From contig JAZRYE010000004.1 in the NCBI GenBank assembly GCA_045600585.1, positions 60,437 through 124,436 of the forward strand: a stretch of 64,000 nucleotides of DNA, read 5' to 3'. How positions within the stretch are numbered: the first letter of the stretch is position 1; each line of letters starts with the position of its first letter. Positions 1 through 7,977 of the stretch are shown here, one piece after another. A program made the translations under genes and the position numbers. This DNA is from Bacilli bacterium (GTDB taxonomy: Bacteria > Bacillota_I > Bacilli_A > RFN20 > CAG-826). The notes beneath the pieces are model-generated. The model saw only the letters and a program-made list of their open reading frames with translations. It ran no database searches and was not told the DNA's origin.

Positions 1-575
1 ACGAGTTTTCCATCGATGTAATCTGGTAAAGCTTCTAAAATGAGCTCTTTTGCGGCATCACCTAGTTTATTGAATAAAGATGTCGAATTGTCGTTTTCTT
101 CAATTTTAACTTCTTTTTTAGCAAACATTTGCCCAGCATCCATTTTTGCGACCATTTCCATTAAAGTCATACCCGTGACTTCATCATTATTAATTAATGA
201 ATATTGTATAGGCGCTGCACCACGATATTTTGGTAATAAAGAACCGTGTAGATTTAAACATCCGTATGTTGGAATATCTAACAAAGCTTGTGGAACTATT
301 TGTCCATAGGCAAGAGTAATAATGACATCTGGTTTCATTTCTTTGATAAAATCAAAGTCATTGCGAATTTTTATTGGTTGAAAAACAGGGATATCATATT
401 TCTCTGCAATTATTTTTGTTGGGACTTTTGCTATTTTGCCACTTCTTCCTACTGGACGATCTGGTTGAGCAACCAATGCAACAAATTTATAACCATCTAA
501 TATCATTGCTTCAAATACTTTAGCGCTGATTTCAGGTGTACCCATGAATATTACTTTTAGATCTTCTTTTTTCAT
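1..575 (-). CDS. fmt: Methionyl-tRNA formyltransferase, N-terminal part (C-terminus lies beyond the left window edge)
   Basis: Minus-strand ATG at 575 translates to MKKEDLKVIFMGTPEISAKVFEAM...QPDRPVGRSGK...LHGSLLPKYRGAAPIQ with no stop up to position 1. This is the typical Fmt formyltransferase N-domain. It is absent from the ORF track because it is truncated by the window edge. Confidence 0.8.
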   Translation of the reverse strand, partial: MKKEDLKVIFMGTPEISAKVFEAMILDGYKFVALVAQPDRPVGRSGKIAKVPTKIIAEKYDIPVFQPIKIRNDFDFIKEMKPDVIITLAYGQIVPQALLDIPTYGCLNLHGSLLPKYRGAAPIQYSLINNDEVTGMTLMEMVAKMDAGQMFAKKEVKIEENDNSTSLFNKLGDAAKELILEALPDYIDGKL

Positions 576-639
576 ACTTAAATATTATATCTTAAAAAGA
601 TAAATTGATATACTTGTTTCTCTCTTTTATAATGGCTTA

Positions 640-1080
640 GTGAAAATTTTAGTTGCATCAGATTCTCATGGCAATCAAGAAGCCTTGGATAGATTAGCGG
701 ATATGTATCCAAATATGGACTTATTTTTATGCTGTGGGGATTCAGAAGGGGATGAATGGAATATCCAGCCTTTTAGATCTGTTCGGGGTAATTGTGATCA
801 TCATTATGATTTTCCTGAACATTTAATTATTCCTACTCCATATGGAAAACTATTTGTTCAACACTATCCAAATGTTAATTATCAAGAACTTGTGAGCAAA
901 GATATCAAGCTATTTATTCATGGCCATACTCACGTTCGTAGGGATGAAATAAAATACGGAATTAGGGTTTTAAATCCAGGCTCAATTTCGTTTTCTCGGG
1001 ATGGATTTGATTTATCATATATGATAGTAGCCATAGAACAAAGTATTGTTAATGTAACCTTTAATGTATTAAAATACTAA
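640..1080 (+). CDS. YfcE/MJ0936-type metallophosphoesterase (calcineurin-like phosphodiesterase)
   Basis: Motifs SDSHGN, CGDSEGD, GNCDHH and HGHTH, the dinuclear metal-binding signature of small MPP-family phosphoesterases; 146 aa. Confidence 0.7.
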   Translation: MKILVASDSHGNQEALDRLADMYPNMDLFLCCGDSEGDEWNIQPFRSVRGNCDHHYDFPEHLIIPTPYGKLFVQHYPNVNYQELVSKDIKLFIHGHTHVRRDEIKYGIRVLNPGSISFSRDGFDLSYMIVAIEQSIVNVTFNVLKY

Positions 1081-1127
1081 AGTTGTTTGCATTTGATTTA
1101 AGTAAATATTATTAATTAGATTAAATT

Positions 1128-3152
1128 ATGCGAGGTAAAAACGTAATGTATCCTGAATATAATAAAGTTAAAAACTATATTTCTAGAGCTCAAGACTTAC
1201 TTAATACTTCTAGAAAAATGGAAGATATATTTAATATGATTATGCACTGCAATGCTAAAAGAGTGTGCGCAGAATATTATAATGACAATAATAAAATTAC
1301 TCGATATACATACAAAAAGATGGAAGCAAATTGTTATAAGTTTGCTCGTTATATATCAGAACAATTAAAAGATATAGAAAAAAATAAACCAATTATTATT
1401 AAACTAACTAATGGACCACACTGGGGTGAAATTTTCTGGGCAATTTTAATGTCTGGATTTAAACCATTATTAGTAAGTGCTTCAACTGCTAAAGAAGGCA
1501 CGCAAAATTTAGCAAATCAAGCTCACTGTGCTGCAATTATTACAGATGATGCATTCCCATATCAAACAAAGAAAATTGCGTTTGAAGACATTATTAGTGA
1601 TGCAGAAGAAGGCGAATTTTCTCCTACTTGGGAAAACGAAGCAATCTTTTGTTCAAGTGGCACAACTGGTGATGTTAAATTAATGGTTTACAACGGAGAA
1701 AACTTATGCCACCAAATTGGCGCAGCTCTCTCTATTCCTGAAAATTCCAAAGACTTAATGTATCCAAAGTCAATGGGTAAGATTAAAATCTTAGCAATGG
1801 TTCCATTGCATCATATATTTGGTTTCGTAGCTGTATTACTTTGGTTTACATTCTACGGCTCAACTCTTGTTTATCCAATAAGCAACGCTCCAAGTGATTT
1901 ACTTGGTATTTGTCAGAAAGTCGGAATAACCCACGTCTTCTCTGTCCCGCTTCTTTGGGATTCTGTTGCTTTATCTCTCGAAAGAAAGATGGAAATGCAA
2001 GGCGAAAAGATGAAAAATCTTCTCGACCATATGATCAAATATAATTGCGGTGAAATTACTAAGAAAGAAGCTGGTAAATCAGCTAGCAATATCGTTAAAC
2101 ATGTTGTCCAAAAGAAACTCCTTGGAACTCATGTAAGATATTGTATTTCTGGTGGAGGATTCCTCTCAAATCATACACTAAGAGTACTAAACGGTATTGG
2201 ATACAACCTTTACAACGGATATGGAATGACTGAATTAGGTGTCACATCCGTTGAACAATCTATCGATGTTTCTAAGAGACTTGAAGGCAAGATTGGTTCG
2301 CCATTCTATGGAGTACAATATAAAATTGTAAAGAGTGATGGAAATGCCACAGGCGGTGAGCTTGCAGTCAAATCCCCTATCACTCACATTAGAGAAATCA
2401 TTGGCGGAGTAGAAAAACCAACCATTCTTGACGATGAAGGATATTTCTTAACTGGTGATATTGCAGAACTTGATGAAACAGGTAGATGCACATTAAAAGG
2501 AAGAATTAAAGACATTATTATTAATGCTGATGGAGAAAATATTTTCCCTGATGAATTAGAAATTTATTTCAAAACTCTTCCATTTGTTAAACAACTTTCC
2601 GTTTTAGGCATTAAAACTGAAAATGACAAAAATGAAGAAAAAGTTTGTCTTGTTCTTGAACTCGATAATTCTGTTAAGAAAGAAAATATCAAGGAAATCA
2701 AGAAAATTGTTGATGAAACAAAACTTCCTAATAATGTTAAGATTCAAGAAATCTATTTAGCAAAAGGAAAACTTCCTGTTGCTAACAACATGAAAGTTAA
2801 GAGATTTGTTATTAAGAAGGCAATTGAATCTGATAATGGAGAATATATCTCCATGATTCAAAGAAGAAAAACAACTAAGAAGTATAATTTCGATGCAAAA
2901 ACTGTTGAAGAAATTTTAGTTCCTATGCGTGCAATCTTCTCAAAAATCCTTGTTCTTCCAGAATTTAAAATTGAAGATAACGGCCATTGGATTAATGACT
3001 TAGGTGGAGACTCAATGAGTTACATTGAACTTGTTAGAGATGTCGATGAAGCATTCGGTGTTGAGATCCCTGAAGAACAATATGGACAACTAACTTGTGT
3101 TAACGATTTCGTTAATGAAGTCGCATTACTCAAGAAAGAGAAAGCAAACTAA
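1128..3152 (+). CDS. Adenylate-forming enzyme (AMP-binding/ANL superfamily) fused to a C-terminal phosphopantetheine-attachment carrier domain (standalone A-T didomain)
   Basis: A-domain core motifs SSGTTGDVK (A3), YGMTE (A5), LTGDIAELDETGR (A7), KGRIKDIIINADGENIFPDELE (A8) and an AKGKLP...KVKR A10-like motif. The C-terminus carries LGGDSMSYIELV, the carrier-protein Ser attachment motif. The true start may be the internal Met at about 1146. Confidence 0.65.
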   Translation: MRGKNVMYPEYNKVKNYISRAQDLLNTSRKMEDIFNMIMHCNAKRVCAEYYNDNNKITRYTYKKMEANCYKFARYISEQLKDIEKNKPIIIKLTNGPHWGEIFWAILMSGFKPLLVSASTAKEGTQNLANQAHCAAIITDDAFPYQTKKIAFEDIISDAEEGEFSPTWENEAIFCSSGTTGDVKLMVYNGENLCHQIGAALSIPENSKDLMYPKSMGKIKILAMVPLHHIFGFVAVLLWFTFYGSTLVYPISNAPSDLLGICQKVGITHVFSVPLLWDSVALSLERKMEMQGEKMKNLLDHMIKYNCGEITKKEAGKSASNIVKHVVQKKLLGTHVRYCISGGGFLSNHTLRVLNGIGYNLYNGYGMTELGVTSVEQSIDVSKRLEGKIGSPFYGVQYKIVKSDGNATGGELAVKSPITHIREIIGGVEKPTILDDEGYFLTGDIAELDETGRCTLKGRIKDIIINADGENIFPDELEIYFKTLPFVKQLSVLGIKTENDKNEEKVCLVLELDNSVKKENIKEIKKIVDETKLPNNVKIQEIYLAKGKLPVANNMKVKRFVIKKAIESDNGEYISMIQRRKTTKKYNFDAKTVEEILVPMRAIFSKILVLPEFKIEDNGHWINDLGGDSMSYIELVRDVDEAFGVEIPEEQYGQLTCVNDFVNEVALLKKEKAN

Positions 3153-3224
3153 TTTAATAAATAATTGCATTATTTTATCTAATTTGATAATATTAATCGC
3201 GGTATCACGAAAGAGGTATAATTT

Positions 3225-3494
3225 ATGGCAAACATTAAATCACAAATCAAACGTATCGGTACAAATGAAAAAGCACGTCAAAGAAACGCATCTGCAAAGA
3301 GCGCAATTCGTACTGCTGCTAAAAAAGTCAGAGTAGCTGCTGAAGCTAAAGATTTAGAAAATCTCGATGAACTCTTAAACAAAGCATTCCGTTTAATTGA
3401 TAAATCTGTTAGCGATGGTATTCAAAAGAAGAATACAGCAAGCAGACAAAAATCCGAATTATCACGTATTGTCAACGCTGCAAAAGCTCAATAA
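3225..3494 (+). CDS. rpsT: 30S ribosomal protein S20
   Basis: MANIKSQIKRIGTNEKARQRNASAKSAIRTAAKK..., basic, 89 aa, RBS aagagg upstream. Confidence 0.9.
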   Translation: MANIKSQIKRIGTNEKARQRNASAKSAIRTAAKKVRVAAEAKDLENLDELLNKAFRLIDKSVSDGIQKKNTASRQKSELSRIVNAAKAQ

Positions 3495-3504
3495 TTATTT
3501 ATAA

Positions 3505-4491
3505 TTATTTCCTTTTGAAATTTATTAAGAATAATTCAAATGCATAATAGCGGTCAACTTGACCGCTTTTAATTTGCAAATCTAATTGGAAAAGGTCTTC
3601 CAAGACTTTGTGAATAGTCTTTTCACTTATTGAATATAGATTCTTTCTTAAGATAGAAACTCTAATTGGTTTGATATTTAGCTCAGTTGCAATTTCATCT
3701 TCACCACTACCTGTTCTAGATAAAAATGCGACTTGATTTAATAATCTAAATTGATTTGAAAGCATGCTAATTAATGTAACAGGTTCAACATTGTTGACTC
3801 TTAAATCACGGAATAATGCTATTGCTAATTCATTTTTTCCAGAAATTAAATAATTAAAAATTTGAAATGCATTTTCTTCTAATGGCTTTGGAACCATTAA
3901 TAAAACATCATCATAAGTAATATGATCTGTATATAAAGATAATTTATCTAAAGTATTTAATAATAAGTCAACATCGCATGCTGTTCTAATGGTAATCTCG
4001 GATAATGCGTTTTGGTCAATTTGTATTTGTAATTTTTCTTTACACAATTTAATGACGTATTGTTTCCATTCTTTTGGGTCAGGATCAACAATTTGAAAAA
4101 TTGTGCCATATTGTTTAATTAAAGAATAAAGCTTTCCTTTTGGATCAACTTCTTCTGAAACTATTGTCAAAATTAAGTCAGTAAAATCGTTTTGATCTTT
4201 TAAGTATCTTCCTAATGCATCGTAGTCTTGTTCAGATTCGATTTTATTTTTTTGTCTTTTCTTTTCGAAAAAATAGCAATTGTCGACAATAACAACCTTA
4301 TTTTCGTATCCTAAAGGAAGATAATTCACATCATTTAGCCATTCTTGTATTAATACATTACTACCATCATAACGTACATAATTCATGTCGTCTTTTTCAG
4401 GTAATTTTTCTTTTACAATTTTATTGATTCTTGTTTTAATGCGGATGCTTTGCGTTCCGTAAATTAGATATACCATATCTACATTATACAA
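3505..4491 (-). CDS. holA: DNA polymerase III delta subunit
   Basis: 328 aa at the conserved position downstream of comEC; HolA-like helical AAA-lid architecture. The call rests mainly on context and length. Confidence 0.7.
   Translation of the reverse strand: MYNVDMVYLIYGTQSIRIKTRINKIVKEKLPEKDDMNYVRYDGSNVLIQEWLNDVNYLPLGYENKVVIVDNCYFFEKKRQKNKIESEQDYDALGRYLKDQNDFTDLILTIVSEEVDPKGKLYSLIKQYGTIFQIVDPDPKEWKQYVIKLCKEKLQIQIDQNALSEITIRTACDVDLLLNTLDKLSLYTDHITYDDVLLMVPKPLEENAFQIFNYLISGKNELAIALFRDLRVNNVEPVTLISMLSNQFRLLNQVAFLSRTGSGEDEIATELNIKPIRVSILRKNLYSISEKTIHKVLEDLFQLDLQIKSGQVDRYYAFELFLINFKRK
3549..3575 (+). terminator. Intrinsic terminator of rpsT, embedded in the 3' coding end of convergent holA
   Basis: 9-bp perfect stem agcggtcaa-c-ttgaccgct followed by ttttaattt on the plus strand. 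Only 10 nt separate the rpsT and holA stop codons, so the terminator sits inside the holA CDS. Confidence 0.55.
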
Positions 4492-4495
4492 AAAA

Positions 4496-6511
4496 CTACA
4501 TAAAAATGTAGTTGGAATATATAATTGTTCCTAAAATATCGGTCCTTTTTATGTTTACTTTATTTTTATTTAAAATATCGATTACAGATTGATTTGGATG
4601 CCCATAATAATTTTTACCAACAGAAATAACTGCATCTTTAGGTGATAAATACTTAATAAATGCATCAGATGTAGAAGTATTACTTCCATGGTGTCCAATT
4701 TTCAATACGTCACATGGTATGTTTACATATTCCTCCATGATTTTCTTTTCTATAGATATCGGTGCGTCACCTGTAATCAAATAAGAAATATTCGATAATG
4801 TAAATCCAATGACAAGTGAGTTCTCGTTGTCATCGTTATCAGAAGAAATATGATTATTATAATTATTAAATTCAATCCCTTTTATATAAAAAGGAAATGA
4901 TTCTGGTGAAGAAATGTGGTTCTTAATATTAAAATTATTTTCGAGTTCTTTAAGTGCGCCCATATGGTCATAATCATTGTGTGTTGTTATCACATAATCA
5001 ATATTAAATAACCTATTCTTCTTGAAGTAAGGTATGAGAGAATCATTCGCAATATCGGAATATAAGGATCCTCCAGTATCAATTAGAACAGTTGTATTTT
5101 TGTATCTAACCAAACAAGAATCACCTTGACCAACATTGATAAATGAAACCTGTGTAGTAAATGTATTTTTAATAGGCAAAATATTAATTATCATAATCAT
5201 CATTTCAATTGTTAATAAAACTTTATAAATTGGCTTAAATCCAATAGAAAAATAATAAAGAATTGCCAAGTATATAAAGATGAATATTAGAAACATAATA
5301 TCTGGAAAAGAAGGACAATTAACACTAATTGATAATGGTTTAACTTTGTTAAAAATATAAGATATCCACCTTGTTGTTTTACTAACTACTCCAAATAATG
5401 GAATTTTGTAAAAGCACAATAGACTGACAAATGCGAAGAATATAAAGATAGGAGTAAATAATATAGAAAATGGATAAGAAAGAAGACATATAGATGAAAA
5501 ATATTTCATCTCAAAAGGTATGAAGAATATTGCTACGAAAATTGGCGACATTACCTTTCTAATGATTTTTTTATGTTGCGATAATAAATTTCTTATATAG
5601 TAAAACAAAATAGGTATCGAATAAGCAAGGATAAAAGAATCAGAATATATTAACCTATAATTAATAATTAAAAATAAGAAACCACTAAAAGAGAGAACTG
5701 TGAAATAATGAAATCTTTCTTTTAAAATATATTTATTAATCCATGTCAAAAGACTCAAAGTCATTATTTTGATGACTGAAAATTTCGGATACACAAATAA
5801 AGCGTAAGGAAATAATAAACCCAGAGATATTAGTTGCGACCATTTCTTCTTTATCCTTATGTTAAATAAAAATGTAACTGTATTTAAAAAGAAATGAAAA
5901 TAAATACCGCTAGTAGATAAAAACCTTGATAAATGAAAAGCCTTTATTTTATCTGCAGTTTCACTACTTCCACCTTTAGAAAATAATATCATTTTAATTA
6001 ATGATGCGCTTTCTTTATCAAAATGGCTTAAGAACGCCTCTCTTCCACTTTTTAACCTTATAGGTGTAAGGAACTCACTTTTTATTGAATGAGGTTCTAA
6101 CGCGCTTAAAACACCTTTCTTTAATAAATAATCTTTGAAATCAAAACTCGATTCTAAAGTTGTAAAGTTTAAATTAGTTTTTATCCCTTTAATATATAAA
6201 ACATCACCTATTTCATATGGATGGCCCTTACTATATATGTAGAATCTTTCTCCACGACTGATAAATATGAAATAATTATCGCTTACTTCACTAACGATGC
6301 CTTTATATTCGCTTTGAGCAGCATGCACTATATTGATGAAGCTGATGCCTACTCCAATCGCAATTAACAATATTGATATACAAAATACATACTTGTTTGT
6401 TCTTTTATATATAAATATCAAATAGATAATTGATGCAATAGCGCATGCTGCAACGTGATAGCGAAAAAGTAATCCGATTGAAAAAGAAATTAAAAATGCG
6501 AATAGAATCAC
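4496..6511 (-). CDS. comEC: Competence protein ComEC/Rec2 (DNA uptake channel with metallo-beta-lactamase domain)
   Basis: Polytopic N-terminal region, competence domain, and C-terminal MBL motifs (HNDYDHMGA ... GHHGS); 671 aa. Confidence 0.85.
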   Translation of the reverse strand: MILFAFLISFSIGLLFRYHVAACAIASIIYLIFIYKRTNKYVFCISILLIAIGVGISFINIVHAAQSEYKGIVSEVSDNYFIFISRGERFYIYSKGHPYEIGDVLYIKGIKTNLNFTTLESSFDFKDYLLKKGVLSALEPHSIKSEFLTPIRLKSGREAFLSHFDKESASLIKMILFSKGGSSETADKIKAFHLSRFLSTSGIYFHFFLNTVTFLFNIRIKKKWSQLISLGLLFPYALFVYPKFSVIKIMTLSLLTWINKYILKERFHYFTVLSFSGFLFLIINYRLIYSDSFILAYSIPILFYYIRNLLSQHKKIIRKVMSPIFVAIFFIPFEMKYFSSICLLSYPFSILFTPIFIFFAFVSLLCFYKIPLFGVVSKTTRWISYIFNKVKPLSISVNCPSFPDIMFLIFIFIYLAILYYFSIGFKPIYKVLLTIEMMIMIINILPIKNTFTTQVSFINVGQGDSCLVRYKNTTVLIDTGGSLYSDIANDSLIPYFKKNRLFNIDYVITTHNDYDHMGALKELENNFNIKNHISSPESFPFYIKGIEFNNYNNHISSDNDDNENSLVIGFTLSNISYLITGDAPISIEKKIMEEYVNIPCDVLKIGHHGSNTSTSDAFIKYLSPKDAVISVGKNYYGHPNQSVIDILNKNKVNIKRTDILGTIIYSNYIFM

Positions 6512-7041
6512 TCGTGAAGAATAACGTAACTTCTTATTTTTCTATAAGTAGCGTTACCGATTCCATAAACATCCATTAGATCTTCAATTGTGTTGAATTG
6601 TCCGTTTTCAATTCGATAAGAAACAATTGAACTAGCAATTGAAGTTGTGATTCCGTTGATTGTCATTAATGTATCAGCGTCATCTGCATTAATGTTAACT
6701 TTAGTAATTTCTGTATTATTGCAAATGTCACTTACATCATAACGTGATGCAATATAATAGGTTTCTCCAACCTCTAATACTGCATTTTCAAAGAAAGCTC
6801 TTTCATCTGCATTGTTTGTTAAGCCTCCCGCTGCGTTAATTAGATCTGCCATTGAGATTGCATCAGATAGCGTATAAGAACCGGTCTTATAAACTTCACC
6901 TTCAATGGTATATCTAGATGTTGTGGTCGATACTTCAACAGTCTCATCAATGTGAGCTGTGTTGACTGTAGGGTCTATTAGCATAAAGCCGACTATGACC
7001 ACGAATGCGGCTATGATAACCCCAATAAAGATTTTAACCAT
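6508..7041 (-). CDS. comEA: ComEA-like competence DNA-binding protein (SLBB + helix-hairpin-helix)
   Basis: N-terminal signal anchor and a C-terminal HhH motif (IEDLMDVYGIGNATYRKI). Overlaps the comEC start by 4 nt. Confidence 0.7.
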   Translation of the reverse strand: MVKIFIGVIIAAFVVIVGFMLIDPTVNTAHIDETVEVSTTTSRYTIEGEVYKTGSYTLSDAISMADLINAAGGLTNNADERAFFENAVLEVGETYYIASRYDVSDICNNTEITKVNINADDADTLMTINGITTSIASSIVSYRIENGQFNTIEDLMDVYGIGNATYRKIRSYVILHE

Positions 7042-7103
7042 AAAAAATCCTCCTACTTTTTTATAGGAGGAATTTTCGAATTTTTTCTTAATTTTTTTTA
7101 AAA

Positions 7104-7580
7104 TTATGCTTTAATTTCAATTTTGAGAACTTCAACTTGGTAAGCCTTGCTTGATTTGACATCTACGATGTCTCCGACAGATTTACCAACTAAAGCACTA
7201 CCTAAAGCGCAGTCATTTGAAATTTTGCCATTGAATGGATCTGCTTCAACTGTACCAACAATGTAATATTCTTCAATTTCATTATTGTCTAAGTATTTAA
7301 CAGTAACTAATGAACCAAGACCAACTTTCTTATTGCTCTTAATTTTATCTTCAATAATTTCGCAGTTATTTAAGATAGCTTCAATTTCTTTAATTCTACC
7401 TTCTGTTTCTGCTTGTTTATCTCTAGCTGCATCATAGTCAGCGTTTTCACTTAAGTCACCTTGTGCACGAGCTTCAGCTAATTGAACTTTAACTTCTTCA
7501 CGTACAACGGATACTAAATGTTCTAATTCGTCTTGTAATTTTTTATAACCAGCTTTGGTAAGTTTTTGTTTTTCAGCCAT
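7104..7580 (-). CDS. greA: Transcription elongation factor GreA
   Basis: MAEKQKLTKAGYKKLQDELEHL... N-terminal coiled coil with acidic tip, C-terminal FKBP-like domain; 158 aa. Confidence 0.9.
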   Translation of the reverse strand: MAEKQKLTKAGYKKLQDELEHLVSVVREEVKVQLAEARAQGDLSENADYDAARDKQAETEGRIKEIEAILNNCEIIEDKIKSNKKVGLGSLVTVKYLDNNEIEEYYIVGTVEADPFNGKISNDCALGSALVGKSVGDIVDVKSSKAYQVEVLKIEIKA

Positions 7581-7643
7581 AAATATACCTTCTTTCGAGT
7601 CCTCGTTATTTTAGCAATAACGTAAACTATTTTCCATAGTTAA

Positions 7644-7937
7644 TTATTCTTCTTTTAATTTTTGAATTTCTGGATCTTTATCCCAAGCCTCAAAGACTTC
7701 CTCTACTTCTGCGTATTCTTCTTCGTCTTCGATCGTTTCTAAGGAGCCTGCTCCATCTTCTGTTTCGACATATCTCATAACTGAGACTTCATCAGGATTA
7801 TTTTCTTCATAGAAGAAAACATATGATGTTCCTCTTTCTTCATTGTCATATGTGAAGAGGATATTTAATAAATGTTTATTACCTTCGTCGTCGGTAACTT
7901 CCATTGTCTTTTCATCCAATAATTCTTTGCTATCCAT
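7644..7937 (-). CDS. DUF1292 family small acidic protein (YrzB-like)
   Basis: 97 aa, very acidic, conserved position next to alaS in Firmicutes. Confidence 0.55.
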   Translation of the reverse strand: MDSKELLDEKTMEVTDDEGNKHLLNILFTYDNEERGTSYVFFYEENNPDEVSVMRYVETEDGAGSLETIEDEEEYAEVEEVFEAWDKDPEIQKLKEE

Positions 7938-7977
7938 AACGATTATCCTTTCATTATTGTTTTTTTAGTTTCTAAAA

